Shown here: in pieces, positions 38,339-53,144 of the stretch | Layout of the letters: every line of letters starts with the position of its first letter | Position numbering within the stretch: position 1 is the stretch's first letter | Assembly (NCBI RefSeq): GCF_006345805.1 | Contig: NC_042997.1 | Location: forward strand, 38,440,001-38,504,000 | Direction: 5' to 3' | Length of the DNA: 64,000 bases | Origin: Octopus sinensis | Taxonomy: Eukaryota | Notes under the pieces: generated by a model | Seen by the model: only the letters and a program-made list of their open reading frames with translations | Databases searched by the model: none | What the model was told of the DNA's origin: nothing | Position numbers and translations under genes: made by a program

Positions 38339-39249
38339 TTTTCCATTCCATCAGAGAATTAGTTTATGTAAAAGAGGGTGTGAGGGAATGAATTCTGTTT
38401 CAACTCTTCAGAGGGGTGGTTAAGCCAAGTGGCAACGTTAGCCATGTGTTATAGAGGGTATGTTAGCTTAAGGAGAGGAAGCGCTTGAAAGTGTTTCGGT
38501 TACAGATTTTGATACACATACATAATCTATATTATAATATTGATTTCCTGAATACACTTTTCGGAAAGGTAATCAATATTACTTTAACGTATTAACAAGA
38601 ACCTGACAAAGAATACTATTACATCCAATTATCACATTGTTTAGATATTTATTAGAATTTGAGGAAGTAATTATGCGATTATACATTTTAAGAGAGCTCT
38701 GAGTATTATATATTCATTGAATGGTTTTATAGCAAACAGATCGCCCTTCGACACTAATTTTGTAATATTCCTGCTCTTGAAATACTTTTAATAATGCATG
38801 TAGTCAAAAGATTTGCGTAATTATTGAGGAAGGTATTTACTAAAGCTTGTCTATTTATGGCTTAAGGTGAATAATCTCAATGATTGTATCCAAGAGATTA
38901 TTTGTAATAGCTTCATGTAATATGGACTCTAAGTATTCCGTGATGTAAATATTATATGCTACCGAAGAGGTAATATATATGGAATTATGTAATAGATATA
39001 CGCTTATCTTCCATTTACTCTGTGGCTTTACTGAGGCAAATGCATCTAATTCTGTATATCTCCTAATTACATGTAAAGGATGCTACTACTTTGCATTCCG
39101 GTAAGAAAACTAACAAGTGGTGTGTATAGACGAACCATCTAACAATACTATTCCGTATAAAAATTCATGTTCCGTTTTGTGAAGATGGTTGAGTATTATT
39201 CTAACTTGTTGCAAGTAGCTGGTGAAAGATATTAACAAGTTGAACCGAA

Positions 39250-39468
39250 ATACTGGTTTCAACTTTTGGTACAAGGCCTGCAATTTCGAGGGAGGGTTAA
39301 GTCGGTTACATCGATTCCAGTGCTTAATTTGTACTTATTTTATCGATCTCGATAGTATGAAAAGCAAAGTAGACCTCGGCGGAATTTGAACTCAGAATGT
39401 AAAGACGGACGAAATGCCACTAAGTACTTTGCCCGGCGTACTAACGATTCTGCCAGCTTGTCGCCTCA
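39250..39468 (-). mobile_element. SINE family A'
   Basis: Head, central domain and A' tail, diverged. Confidence 0.8.
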
Positions 39469-39968
39469 AAATACTCCGTAATATTGACTTACGATCTGAA
39501 TAGAAAACTATGTGTTACGTTGACTTTACAATTCATCTGGTTCGAAGCACCAGATTTGTATATCGAAAACAGTGGTTGTTATAATATATATATATATATA
39601 TACACGAGAAGAAATCAAAATTATATGCACTTTCGTCATAACATATCTTTATTATTGTCACACTTCCTTCTGCGCATATGGGGTCTTATTAAAATTGAAT
39701 GAAGGCGAGGAAGGTCAGTGAAAGACGTTATTTCTCCAGTATATGATACAAGTGATTCCAATAACTAAGTAATGCCAGAGCAGTATTGCGAATAATAACA
39801 CTCTTCTTCATTGGTAATATGATGATGTGTTGCATTATTATTAATATTACAAGGAAAGAGGTTGTAATAGTGTGGTAAAGTAGAAAAGAGCCTGAGTAAA
39901 TGTTTTGCGTCCTCTTGCGTTCTGATTTCACAACTCCCCAAAGGCGACTTTCCTTCTTGACAAATGTA

Positions 39969-41128
39969 CGAAGGTCGGCTGAAAAGTTCTGAGGTGGCCA
40001 AGATACTTTCATGAAAGATGACCTAATGAGGTTTAGTTTTCAACATAGTTGCAATCCACGCACTTCTTCCATCGGCGTTGCAGTGTTTGGATCCCATTGT
40101 GGAAGAAGCTTTCATCCTGTCGGTCAAAATGTCATCATCACTGTGATATTGGTGCCCAGCAAAGTGTTTTCTCATGTTGGGAAACAGATGATAGTCAAGT
40201 GGGGCCAAATCAGGAGAATAATGAGGGTGATCAACCAGTTCAAATCCACAGTCATGCACAACAGCCATTTTGCGCTGGAGTAATGTTGTGTTGAAACAAG
40301 TCAGTTTTCTTGGGCGTTTGGTCTTAATAGCCTAATACTTTCCATTGATAGTATGGTCCTTTTGAAGATAGTCAATAAGCACAATGCCTTTTGCAACCGA
40401 AAAACTGTTGTCATCACCTTCCCAGCAGATGAAAAAGCCTTGACCTACTGTCAGGAGGTCAGTTTCCACTGCATGGACTGTCTCTTTGTTACTGGTTCAA
40501 AGCGATGGATCCAACACTCTTCGTGGCTTGGCAAACGTTCAAGGAAACTAGCTGGATCTGTTTCAAACAATGTCAGATTTTCCTGTGATGTGATCAAATG
40601 TCAGAAGACGTGGCACTCACCGAGTAAAATCTTCGTCACACCAAATGTATTGTGCAAAATATTCTCAGGTCTGTCAAGGGATATTCTAATAGCACTGGCA
40701 AATTGATTTATAGTCAAACCCCTATCATCCATCGCTATGGGATGAACACGACCATTGCTTTCTTCGCTAGTGGCTGTTGCGGGGCGTCCGGACTTTGGAT
40801 CATCTTCAACACTCTCCCTTTGCCTCTTAAATTCAGTTGCCCACTTTTGCACTGTTAATAAAGTTGGAGCATCATCTCCTAATACAGCGACCATGTTAGC
40901 ATGAATGTCGTCGAAGGCTAAACACTTTTTCTGCAGGTACTTGATAACACTGCGATACCAAGTTTTGTCCACTTTGAAGTTTTTTTTTAACGATTAGATG
41001 TGAGTTTATTTAGAAAAAAAAAACAATGCATGTATTACTATGAAGAGCTGAAATGAATGCATGCAAGATTTCACATCTCTAGCATCACTCGGTCATTGTT
41101 AGGGTGTGAACTTTTCAGCCCACTCTCA
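39969..41128 (-). mobile_element. Mariner transposon, near full length, inactivated
   Basis: TA-flanked TIRs sharing GGCTGAAAAGTTC; ORF pieces DKTWYRSVIKYL...DDPKSGRP and HPHYSPDLAPLDYHLF. Confidence 0.93.
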
Positions 41129-43749
41129 TACATCAGCGAAGTAATGAAGTTTAACTAAAGCTATTAGACTTTTCCTCGCAGAGTTTTACATTTATGCTTA
41201 TCTTATAGATCTTCATTTTGCAAATAAAAAGAGTTTTGTGAGTAGGAAAATGTAGACTGAATATAAATGTCCCTTGCGAGATTCAGTTACATCGAAATAG
41301 AACAGATCAAGAGACCCTCTAAATCTCAGTATATACTTATGTCACATTCCTGATAATGTTAGAAATTTGAAAAAGTGTACGAGATGTATAAACTGTTGAT
41401 ATTTTTAAAATTTGGTACAAACTTGATTCATAGGGCTTGCTTCCAGCACAAACACTGAAGGCTTTACTATGCTGAACTTCCATTGAATAGCTAATCCTAC
41501 TAGTCCTACTATATTAACGTAGTATTTTATGCAGATAGAACAGCACAGGTGGAATAGTGGAACAACCAATTTATAATGTATAATCTAAAGTATGAAGTCT
41601 CAAGCACCCTTTTACAACTCTTTAGCTACAAATTAAAATAATTTCGAATCAGATAAAAGTAATACTTCTAGGGTTGCCCGCACATTCCAGTGTTGTAAAA
41701 CAAAATTCTGTCAGTTTTTTTTTTTTATAATTCGCCCTATTTCATTGAAATACATAGTTAATTCTGGGATACACTGTATATGTTGTTTATAATGGATGTC
41801 ATAGGTTAGATATGTTGTTTGTAATGGATGTCATAGAGCGCTTGCAGTTCCACCTTCCCAGATTATATACATTAAGTTGAATCTTCTATTTTATTCCTAC
41901 TATATTCTCTACCGAAAGTAATTCGTCAGTCACGTAGTGCTAGCATAGCAAGCTGTTCTACGAATGCGAAGCAAAGCAAGGTTTTCTACCTCGGTTCTGT
42001 ATTTTTCTCAATAGGAGAAATAACCCTATGAACCCTAAGTTTTCTAAATTACTTAAATTGCGATGGTTACTACCTCTCATATAGTTTTGCCTTTCAAACA
42101 TGAATGGCCGATAACATATACAACTGTTAAGTACTCCGGTCAATTTAATTGTTTCCTACCTCAAGATATCTTTATATATGAGAAATTATCTTTTAGGGAT
42201 CCCAATATATTTTGTTTCGAGAACTACGGCCTCTGTTGATTATTTATTTTATATCATTCATGTTATCTGCATAAAAACAATAGATTTAACATATTTTGGC
42301 AAGTTTTAGTTTACTTATTCCAAAAACAATTTGGTTATTCTGCGTCGGGTGATATTCACTATTATAGACTTGTTTAGGGATTACCCCATCACAACAGCAA
42401 TTATGTTGAAATATATGCCTCAGTTTTGAAGTAATAATAATGCCGGAATGTGTCTGAAGTTGTCTCACGTCCTTCAGAAAATAACTGGAATAATAATAAC
42501 CTTTGGCTAAAACGGTTTCTTTAACGTTGCATAATTATTTCGAGTCAGATGTTTAAAACTCTCAATATTAAAATGCGTCATACATATAGTAACCGTAAAT
42601 TAAACATAAAAAAGCTTCACTCCAATACAATCCAAACTTCCTATCTTCGAAGCATAATTTCGGACATTATTTCTATTAGCTTTTATATTTCTTATTTATA
42701 TTTTATTGTTTTACCACAGAAAGCATTGCTGGCAGCAGAATTAGGTTCAGTGAAATGATTATGAATATTTTATCACTTCTTTCGATTTAACTATGTATAT
42801 AGGGGGTTAATATATTCTTCTTTGTAGTTTTATTCGATTATTAATCTATCTTAGGGTCAATAATCATTTTTCTCCAATTTCTTACCAATTTGTTCAGGGA
42901 CAGGACTTCAACCTGTCCTAAATTATTTCAAGCGAGAAGTAGAATTATATCTGACATAACCAGGCATGTGCAATATTACACATAATAAAAATTGACATGT
43001 GAGCTTTCAGTTCATTCGTCCGTAATTTTATATTGAGACACAATCGCGGTTTGTCAAATTTACATTTCAGTCTATAAAACAACTTTCGTATAATACTGAC
43101 GTTGATTTGCATTATCAGCCGGATGAGTTTCTGCTGAGACATCTACTAAAATCGTATTTGATGCTTTCCTTTTCGGAAATCTCTTTTGTCCTTATTATTG
43201 GTATTGCCATTGTCACCGTCGTCGCCATCATCATCATCATCTCCGTGATCATCGTTTTTATTATATCCGCCGTAGGAAACATTTCGATTGGGAATAAGAA
43301 AATAATTGCACGTCATTTTTTTTTGCCTTTTGATTTTCTTTTTACTTTTTGTTTTAGTTTTCATTCTCTAATAATCATAAATATGTCCAGCCACGTGAGA
43401 AGTTTATCTCTGTCATCAAAATTCTGTGTCGGAATCTCAGCTAATAAATTCACTTATCACGACAGGAAGCGGGTTCTGACAAGCTCAATATATACGCCGC
43501 ATTTATGATGCTTTATATTATTATATATGAGAGCTGAATGTGATTTTCAAGGTGTAAATGTTATAGATTCCAACACCACCATCTGCTTAGTCAACATAAG
43601 GATTATTTTGGGTAGCAAACAGCATTTTATTGTCACTTTGTAGTCTGTAATGTCATGAAAGATGTGCCACTTTATCAATAGTAAGGCGCGACTGTAATAT
43701 TTTTATATTTTATTGTCTTTCTTAATTCAGTTTTACGTTTATATGCCAA

Positions 43750-46300
43750 GTGATTTGCACTAGCGTGGCTCTCAGCTTTTCGCATCCCCTATTTCCACTA
43801 CAGAAGTTCATTCTGTTTCCCCACTTGCTGCTCATCCCGAGCAATCGAACAAAGTGCTGCAGAAAAGTTGCACACATCTGCTTAAGCTCCAGTAGCTTAC
43901 GCTAATCATAATTCGTCAAAAGCCGAATTGTGACGGCCTTGTTACTTTGCACTTGTATCACTCGGGCCCATTGATAGACGTTCGTTCCTTCGTATTTCCC
44001 ACAGGCACTAAAGAGAAGGATGTTGCAAAGAAAAACTCTACACACTTAAAGAAATCTCGCCACTCTGTTCCTGGTGGAGCTGGAAGGCTATTAGTCCAAA
44101 GATAAGGCCTTAGTTGCTAGTCACGTCCAGTACTTTTCACTTACCTTCTGGATTGATATTGCGGAATCGGACATTTTCTAAACAATGCATTGTCTCTGCC
44201 TCCAATTAGCAGCTGACACAGTAACGCATGCAGTTCGTACAAACGAAAATGGATCATGCCTTGGAAATTCTGGTCTTGCTGTCGGTCATTATGTCTATAT
44301 CTGGTGAGCTGAGTTTGTTGAAGTAATTTGCTCTGCTTTCAAAGTGACCACTGTCCACTAGCATTCACACTGCCTATAAGTGAGAAGTCCTATTTTACTT
44401 AATTCTTGTGAAAGAACAATTGTTGTTCACTCTACCAAGCTGCGGCTGTTTCCGTGTGTTTGTCGGCGTTCAGATACCCTTGGAAACGTTTTATTCTGTC
44501 AAGATATTTGTCTCTTAAAAATTTGTATATGCGTTTAGTGTTATTTTCATCATTTTTATGTGTTGCTGTACTATTTCTCAGTATGATGCAGTTATTGTGT
44601 GTGATGTTTTTATGTTGATGTATGTGATACATTAATTTGTCGTTGCATTTGTCTATGGCTCAATGATTTCTATTTTTTTCGTGTTGTAGGTGGTATTGTA
44701 GCTCTTGGTGTGTTAACGGTGATGATGATTTTGGGGTGTTGATAACACTGCTGCTGCTTTTGGAGGTTGGTTTTGGTGCATCGTTTTCCAAAGACATTCT
44801 CTAATCTTTCAATTTGATTTCATTTAACATGGTGTTTTCTTTTCGTTTTGTTTCTTACATTCTCTTGGGCACTTTTTGCCAATTACGACCTTGTCATCTT
44901 CGCCACATGACATGTCTGAGAAATCATAAATATAGAGAGGCATGTTTAGGGCATGGGTAGAGTTGTGATCAGTAAATTTTATTGTCGTGTCGTGGGGAAT
45001 TCTGTTTTCGTTGTTGTCGCTGCTGTTACTGATATATTCGTCCACGAATACAGTGCTTTTTTATTGTTTTTTGTTGCTGTTGTTTCCACCGAGACTGTTC
45101 CTGCAGATGTTGTTGTAGGTGTTGTTTCAATTCTTGCAGCTGATAATGCAAACATTGTTGTGTTGCTGCGACTGCTGGTCATCCAAACACTGATGGAAAC
45201 ATTATTACTGGTGTTATCGTTGTGTTGATGAAGTTGCTGTTGTTGTTGTTGTTGTTGTTGCTAGCTTTAATCATGTTGACAGTAGTAGAGGTTTTCTTCA
45301 GCTGCCACCTTCTGTTGTAGCAGTAGAAGGGCTTGAGATGATCGGTGTTACTACAGTAGAAGTATCAACATCTTCTACTCAGCACAAATACCTAAATTCG
45401 CTATCTTCTTGGGATCTGTATTACGTCGGGGATTACAATCAGTGTCTCAGGTTTCACCTGAACTAGAAACTCCAGACCTTCCCAACTTTACTTTCCATTT
45501 TAGAATCTTTATATATTTGTAACAGTGCGCCAGAGTTTCCAACACATCTCACCACCCACCATAAATCTTGTTCAGCTTTTATGTTTGCAATTATCACTTC
45601 CAGTCCAAGATCAGCTTGCATCAATGTAATTGTTTCACGGTGAAGTGTTTGTAGGCAAGGTTTCCGAGTGAAAATTCCCTCGTAAAAACTTCTTGGCTGA
45701 CACGTGTGACAAAGTCCATGTCTTGCCAATTAGTTTCAAGTTGAGATCAGCTTGTTCTGAGGAGATGCGCAACTGTGTTTGACTCTTCAATGATACGCAG
45801 CTATCAAGAATTGTTTACCTGTTCGCTGAAGTATGTCCTTTAGTATCATGAGTATAACGTTCCTTCCTTCTTATTTGTTTGTTGATGTGCTTCTCAGCTG
45901 GTTCCAAGTACTAGTGTTTTTTCTCATTAGAGTAAAGCTAACGTTTTAGCAATACCGACAAGAAAGTGACATTTTGTCATGCTAGCACTGTTGCTGCTGT
46001 TGTTATATTTGTTATTCTTGTTGTTGTTGTTGTTTGCTGTCTTCATTAATAAGTGCATGTATAGCGGCCGTGGCTTCATTGCTGTTGCTATAGACTCTCG
46101 CTTTTTTTTAGTAGTAGCGAAGGTAATGAATTCTTCTCACCTGCTGGTGATTTTCTGGCTTTACTGCTAATACATGGTATTCTCTTTGACATCGTCCCTA
46201 TCGCTCCTAGTGTTATTGTTGCTTTATTGTTGCTGCTAATGTTGTCTTTGTTGTTCTTGTTCTTACTGGCGTGTTGACAGCGAATGGTAGTGACATCTTC
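43750..46300 (-). mobile_element. Old, internally deleted L1/Tx1-like LINE remnant (tentative)
   Basis: ORF1-like piece at 45463-45729; low-complexity T/N/Q spacers; C-terminal CVSC.LEAETMH and CLWEIRRNE resembling the zf-RVT and W..RN motifs. Confidence 0.4.
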
Positions 46301-46399
46301 AAAATTACTTTAATAACAAGATAAAATAAACAACCTTCTGGAAAAAAACAACTCTCTGGAAAGGAAAAGAATAAAAAATTACAGAGATTCTAAAAGCAC

Positions 46400-47885
46400 G
46401 TTCAACTATGGCTGTGATTGAATAATTCACCTCTGGAAACACGGGTGTTTCATTCATGCATTCTTTTCTTTATCCACCTATTTTCAGTTTCATTCGTTTT
46501 TAATTTCTTGTACAGTGCTTTATCTTTGCAATCTTTCATCCTACACAAGCCTGACCTTCTTACTTCTTATAATAGCAGTTCTGTGGCATTTTTTACATGC
46601 CATGCTATGTTGTTTTCTTCTGCTCTAATGCTGTGTTCGCATCCAATAAGTCCTCTTCCCCCGCTTCTTCTTGGTACATACAATCTGTCTGTGTCACTTT
46701 TTGGGTGGAGTGTCCCATATCTAGTCAGCAACTTCCTTGTCTTTCTGTCTAAGCTGTTTAGTTCGTCTACTGTCCATGCGTTTACCCCTACTCTAAGGAG
46801 TAAAACCGCCCAGGTGTTGATAGCTTCGATCTTATTCTAATTTCGACTTAAGGATCAATCTCATTCTGCGCAATTACTCCACCTTAAATTTTTCTGTCAT
46901 TTCTTTTTCCATCAATTTATCCATTTCAAAAATCCCCAAGTACTTATAGCCCGTCTCTTCTATCTGTCTCATAACCTCCCCCGACAGTATCGTCAGCCCG
47001 TCCATACATTTGATTTTGCCTCTCTTCAAGACTAACACACCACTCTTTCTCAGTCCGAACTCCATTCTGATATCAGTACTGAAGGTATACACCGTATCAA
47101 CGAGGAAACTGACTTGGGCTTCATCTTTACCATAAAGTTTGAGGTCATCCATGAATAACAAATGGTTGACTTTTTGTTGGCGGCTTTTGAATACATACCC
47201 AGCTTTTGCTTTCCTCAGAATCAGTGTTAGTGGTATCGACCACAGTATAATGACCAGTGAGGACAGGCAGTCCCCTTGGAATATGTCCCTCCTAATTTCT
47301 ACTGTCCCTAAACTTCTTCCGTATGCTGTCAGGTCCGTCCTCCAATTCGTTTTGTCTATCACGAGTTGATCCTTGGTACCTCTGCACTTACCCTTGCAAC
47401 TCTTCTGCTCATGTGGCAGGACTCCATTCTTTTCCAGATGTTCGTACATTGACTCTGCGAGTATTCCAGTCAATAATTCCCACATAAGTGGCAAACAGGA
47501 TATCAGCCTGTAATTGTCTACCGTATTGCCTTTTTCGATGTTTTCAAGCACAACACTGTCTTACTCAATGTTAACCATTCTGGTATTACTTGGTCGGCAT
47601 TTAACAAGGCGTTGAGTTGCACAGCTTTTCGTGCATGACATTAACTAAATCTGTTGATCCAGTAGCCTTGAACTCAGTCTGGTCCCGGGGCCTTCCAGTT
47701 GCTCGTTTTTTTTTGTGCTGATTTCCTTCACTTCCCTAACTGAAATGACTAGTTCTGTCTCTTTTGGACAGACTACTGTTTGTTTCAGTTCTTGCAACCA
47801 TTCAGCATCCTTCTTGCGCTCCTTTTCTTTGCTCCAGATGTCACTCCAAAACCTTTCACTTTCATTATTATCTTGTATCATTTTC
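46400..47885 (-). mobile_element. R4/Dong-type LINE fragment (RT and thumb)
   Basis: [61 protein letters not shown]. Confidence 0.92.
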
Positions 47886-48045
47886 TTTTATTGTTATTAT
47901 TATCGTTATTGTTATTATTATCGTTATTGTTATTATTATCGTTATTGTTATTATTTGTTATTATTATTGCTATTATTATTGTTGTTGTTATTATTATTAT
48001 TATCATTATTTTTTTCTAATACTACTATTATTATCATTAATATTA
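47886..48045. repeat. (TTA)n-rich microsatellite at the R4 3' junction
   Basis: Degenerate TTA repeats between two R4 elements. Confidence 0.9.
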
Positions 48046-51000
48046 TTCTATGTTTGACTTTTGCTTTATATTTGTACAAGTTGGCTCCAAGTCTCACCCA
48101 GAGACCTCAAGAGACAACAGGGTTGGAAGTTCATGTTGTTGTTATGCCTAGTGTGCCATATATTTGGGGGGTGGGGATGTTGTACTAATGAATGTCTAAA
48201 AAGAAAAAAAAAAAAAAAAGTTTTTTTTTTTTTTTTTTTTTCCTTTTTAAACCGAAAATTATGGTTGTTTTAAACCTTGAGGTTACATAGAGAGTATTTT
48301 GCGTAGGATATGAGCAGTTCCCATGAGCACTATCTTTTGAACTTCTGCCATTTTTGGGTTTCCTGGTATCTGAGTTAGGTAGCTATCAGCCCCTTTTGCT
48401 ATCATTCCCAGGGCACCTATGACAACAGGTATTGTTTTAGTCTTCAGCTTCCACATTTTGCTGATTTCTATTTCAAGATCTTTATATTTGCTCAGTTTTT
48501 GGTAGGTCCTGACAGATACGTTTATATCGATTGGGACAGTCATATCAATGAGGAGGCATGTTCTTTGTTTGAAGTCTTTCAATATGATGTCTGGCCTATT
48601 TGCATCTATCTTCCTGTCAGTTTGAATGGTGAAGTTCCAGAGGAGTGAGATGTGGTCATTTTCAAGCACTGGGGGTGGTTTGTGTTCCCACCAGTTTTTT
48701 TCATGGGGCAAATCCAGGTTTTTACAGATTACCCAGTGAATATATTGTGCAGCTCTATCGTGCCTGTTGAGATACTCTGTAGGCGCTAGAAGACTGCACT
48801 TGGAGACCACATGGTCAATGGTTTCATTTTGTTGCTTGCATACACGACACGTTGGACTGCTTCTGATCTTTAATATGTTGGCCTGGTAGTTTCTTGTTGG
48901 TAGGCATTGATCTTGAGCTGCTATGATAAACCCCTCTGTTTCAGATTTTAAGCCAGAGGCCATTAGCCATTGATGGGTCAGGGCTTTGTCGATATCTGCA
49001 TTATTCGCTCTCTTTGGGTATTTGCCGTAGAGAGGTTTTTCTTGCCATTTATTATTCAGAATATCTAGGCCGCAGTTTTGGCACGGGTTTTCATGCGCCT
49101 AGCTTTTTCTGTGCTTGTTTCTTGTATGTCTATCTCTAATTCCGAAATTGGTTGTATTCGGAATTCACTTAGATATTCCTTTGCCTGTTTTGTGACTGAG
49201 TATGATGCTTTCTTGTTTTCATGTTTTGAGACAAGTTTTAACATCCAGTCCTCAGAGTTTTTCAGGTAGGTGTCTAGGCCAATTGTAGCAATCTTCATTG
49301 TTATTGCCAGTTGCAAAAGACCACGGCCTCCCTCTTTTCTTGGCAGATAGAGTCGTTCTGTATCTGCCTTAGGGTGGTGCATTCTATGCATTGTCAACAG
49401 TTTCCTTTTTTTTCTGTCGAGCTGACATATTTCAGTAATTGACCAGTTAACAATATTGAAACTGTAAGTCACGACTGGTATAGCTAATGCATTGATTGCT
49501 TCGATCCTGTTTCTTGCATTCAGCTCTGTCTTGAGTATTGCTCTCACTCTTCGATAGCATTCTCTCCTGATCCTTTCCTTCATCTCTGAATGCCTTATTC
49601 CGTTCCTTCAATTACCCCTAGGTACTTGTAGCTCTCCGCTGGGTCTAGTTCTTTTATGACATTCTGTTGGTCAAGGTTAACGTTAGATGTTTCTGTCATT
49701 TTTCCTTTGATAAAGGTAGCCTTTGCACATTTATCGAGGCCGAATTGCATTCTGATGTCGTCACTGAATTGTTTGACTATCGCTAGTAAGCCCTTGAGTT
49801 GTTGATCATTTTTTGCAAAAAGCTTTAAATCATCCATGTAAACGAGATGATTTATATTTTTATCAAACATTTTATACCCGTACTGCGCGTCATTGAGCAG
49901 CTTTGAGAGAGGTATTAAGGATAAACAAAAGAGGAGTGGTGACAGTGAGTCACCCTGGAAAATGCCACACGAAATTTTTACATCACCAGCATTTAGGGAT
50001 TCACTGTCACTGTTCAGAGTTAGTGTGGTTCTCCATGATCTCATACTTACAGTCAAGAAGTTTCGCAGAGTTGGTGCTATCTTATACATTTCAAGGCATT
50101 TCCTAATCCAGCTATGTGGTAGGCTATCAAAAGCCTTTTTATAGTCTATCCAGGCTATTGATAAGTTTTTGTGTCGTTTGTGACAATCTTCTAAGATCAT
50201 CTTATTGATGAGTAGTTGGTCTTTACAGCCGTAGGATCCACGTTTACATCCTTTCTGTTCATTAGGGGATATGCTGCTGTCTGTTAAAAAACTATAGGTA
50301 TATTCCGTCAGGACAGATGTTAGAGTTTTGTACATAGTTGTTAAGCAGGTTATGGGTCTATAGTTTTTTGGTTCATTGTTTCTTCACTTTTTGGAAGCAG
50401 GAATGTTAACCCATTAACTAGCCAAGGAGGCATCCTACTAGGGTGTTGCAGAACATCATTGTACAGTTCTGTTAGCAGTTCATGGCTCTCTGGGAAGGCA
50501 TTCAGCCAGAAGTTAGGAATTTATCCTTTCCTGGAGACTTCCATTTGCTTGACCTCCTGAGAGCAGATCTTATATCTTCTACCTTGACACCCTCCCACTT
50601 TTGCTCTTCTAAGGGGTCCAGTTCTGTAGATATTCTGTCAATCCAGGGGGCCTTTTCGTTGTGGTGTTTTTTCTTCTGCCCAGATTTTATTCCAAAATCT
50701 CTGCACTTCTTCTTTTGATGGTACAGACCCTGCAGTAAACGCTGTTTTTCTATCTTCCTGTAAAAATTCTTGTGTTATTTTTGAACATGTTGTTGTCCTT
50801 GAAAAATCTAACACGCTTTTCATACCTCGCTATGCGGGCAGCTTTGGCAGATACCTTTGTTTGATGGTTTCTATGGTGGCATCAATATCAAGTATAGTTT
50901 TCATATTGTATTTTTTCAGTAATTTTTGGTTTTTGTAGGTTTGGTAGTCTGTGAGCCTTAAGGTTTTTCAAATATTCAATGTCAGATCTAAATACTTTAA

Positions 51001-52200
51001 TTGTTGTTGCAGACGCTCTTGCCAAGAAGGCTTTTTGTGGGACTGTTGCCGTTTTCTAATCTTTACACCACATAGGATCGTTGAGATTTTCGCGGATGCA
51101 TAGTATAGGTGTTGAGGTTTGTGATATCAACATCATTAACTGAAATTATATCCTTAAGTGCAAGCCGGAATTTTACCAATTATTTTCATGTTTGGTTAGA
51201 GTTGCGGATTTTAGGAAGTGTATCACGCTCATCCATGCTGGTTTCTTTAATTTTCAGCCATTCAATCATGATTTGATTTTTTAGCTCATGTAGTTCTGTT
51301 GGGTCAATATTTGTGTGACTTTCTTTATCTATTTGATGCTCATCTGTCTTGTGTATGATTGGTTCAGGGCGTATTTCACTTTGCCTATCACTTATACTAA
51401 CTCTTTCAATCCTCTCTTCGTTTTTATCCGCCCTGGGCTGGTCTATAATAATTTCCTCTGTATTATCTTCTCTAGCTGCAGCTTCGTTCATTTTATCCGA
51501 TATTGTCTAACTGATCAATCTCTACTTCAGTCAGTAATTTCTTTTTTATAATGTTTCTTCTAACATTGGCAAGCTTGTTACTGTCTATGTAGGGTCTTAC
51601 TTCAGGGTGTTTCTGTCTCAGTTTAAGTATGCTTGTACAGTGCTAGACTTATCTGTGGGGAAATATATGGCATGGTAGAAGGCCTCGAGAACTTCTTATT
51701 ATCTTCCCTAGACCATTTTTCCTTCTTTTTCTTTTGATTATTTGGTGATGAGCATGGATGGCCATCTGTTGGAATATTCCGGTTGTGGGGTTCGTCCAGC
51801 TCCTGTGTGTTGGGAAGATTTGATCCAGTAACTGATTTTTCAATCAGGATTTGGTTCAATTTTCGGGTACGTGGTCTTTTGTAATCCGCGCAATGACCAA
51901 TGCGGTTTATTATTTGATTTGTTGACCTTGAAGCATGACGAGCATCCATTCTTATATTAGGAGATGGATCTGTCAGTTAGGGTTCACTACATGTAAGCAT
52001 TGCTCATAGCGCCGCTTCTTAGACTAGCAGATCTATATTCGTCTGTATTTTTTTTGTTGATAGTTTTATCTCCGGACATTTTTTTTTTCTCCTTTCCTCT
52101 CTTCCTTTCTTCAAGGCTTACTGTGTCTGTATTAGTTCGAAATAATGAGAATAAAATACGGAGAAGGAAACGAAAAGAAAGGGAAAAAGACGGGATCTGT
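48046..52200 (-). mobile_element. Near full-length R4/Dong-clade non-LTR retrotransposon (RT + CCHC + RLE)
   Basis: RT YMDDLKLFAK (49595-50335); CRVCKQQNETIDHVVSKC; RHD; RPDIILKD...IDMTVP...KLSKY (48283-48963); a few frameshifts; TAA-rich flanks on both sides. Confidence 0.95.
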
Positions 52201-52977
52201 TAGTTATTATTGTTATTACTATCATCTTCACCACCATCACCATCATCAGCAACATCACCATCACCATCATCATCTTCAATGTGTAGCCACAGCCACCATC
52301 AACACTCCATTGTGTTGGAGAATGGGTGGTTAAAGAATTCATGTTCTTTGGGTCTATAAATAGCCACGGTAGATGGTGGAGACAAAGGACGTTAATGGTC
52401 AGTAAAAGGTCAAACCTGTTTACGTTTATTTATTTATTTTTTTTTTTTCCTTTCTCTTTTCTTCTTCACCACATGCATATGTATGTATATATATGTATAT
52501 TCACTCACACATATTATCTGATGTTTTCGTCGAAGATTTTTTTTTTTCTTTTTTTAAATAACTTTCTGAGTTCAATGTTATGTATATATTTTTAAATTTC
52601 TGAATTCAGTTGTATGTATATAGTAGTAGGTGCTTAATTCCATAACTTTTTATCGTGCATTTAATTGTGTTGTTACAATAAAAGGTAATTTAAAAGGCAT
52701 TTTACACATTCTTATAGTCATGAGAGACGACTAAATGTAAATGTTCACACAGAATTGGAGATATTTATGTTTCTAATTTTTCTTGTTAGGTGTACGTTTG
52801 TATGAGCTGTAGATATGTAAGTTTGTTTTTTTTACTTATTTTGAGGGTAATTCAAATTACTTACAGAAAACAGTAGATCTTCCAGTTTTCTACAGTTGAC
52901 CTGCTGGGTTCGCTGTTGCCAGTTCAGAGCATCGTAAAAATACGTCCATCCTCTGTCACGTCCAGCCGCCTTCTCTT

Positions 52978-53022
<45 letters not shown>

Positions 53023-53144
53023 TATTATTATTATTATTTTTATTTTTATATCATTATTATTATTATCATTATTATTATTATTATATTATTATTATTATTA
53101 CTATTATTATTATCGTTGTTGTTGCTATCATCATTATTATTATT

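Noticed and set aside
52860-52980. HDV-like ribozyme near an R4 junction
   Set aside because: Nested hairpins are present, but I could not build the P1/P1.1/P3 double pseudoknot.
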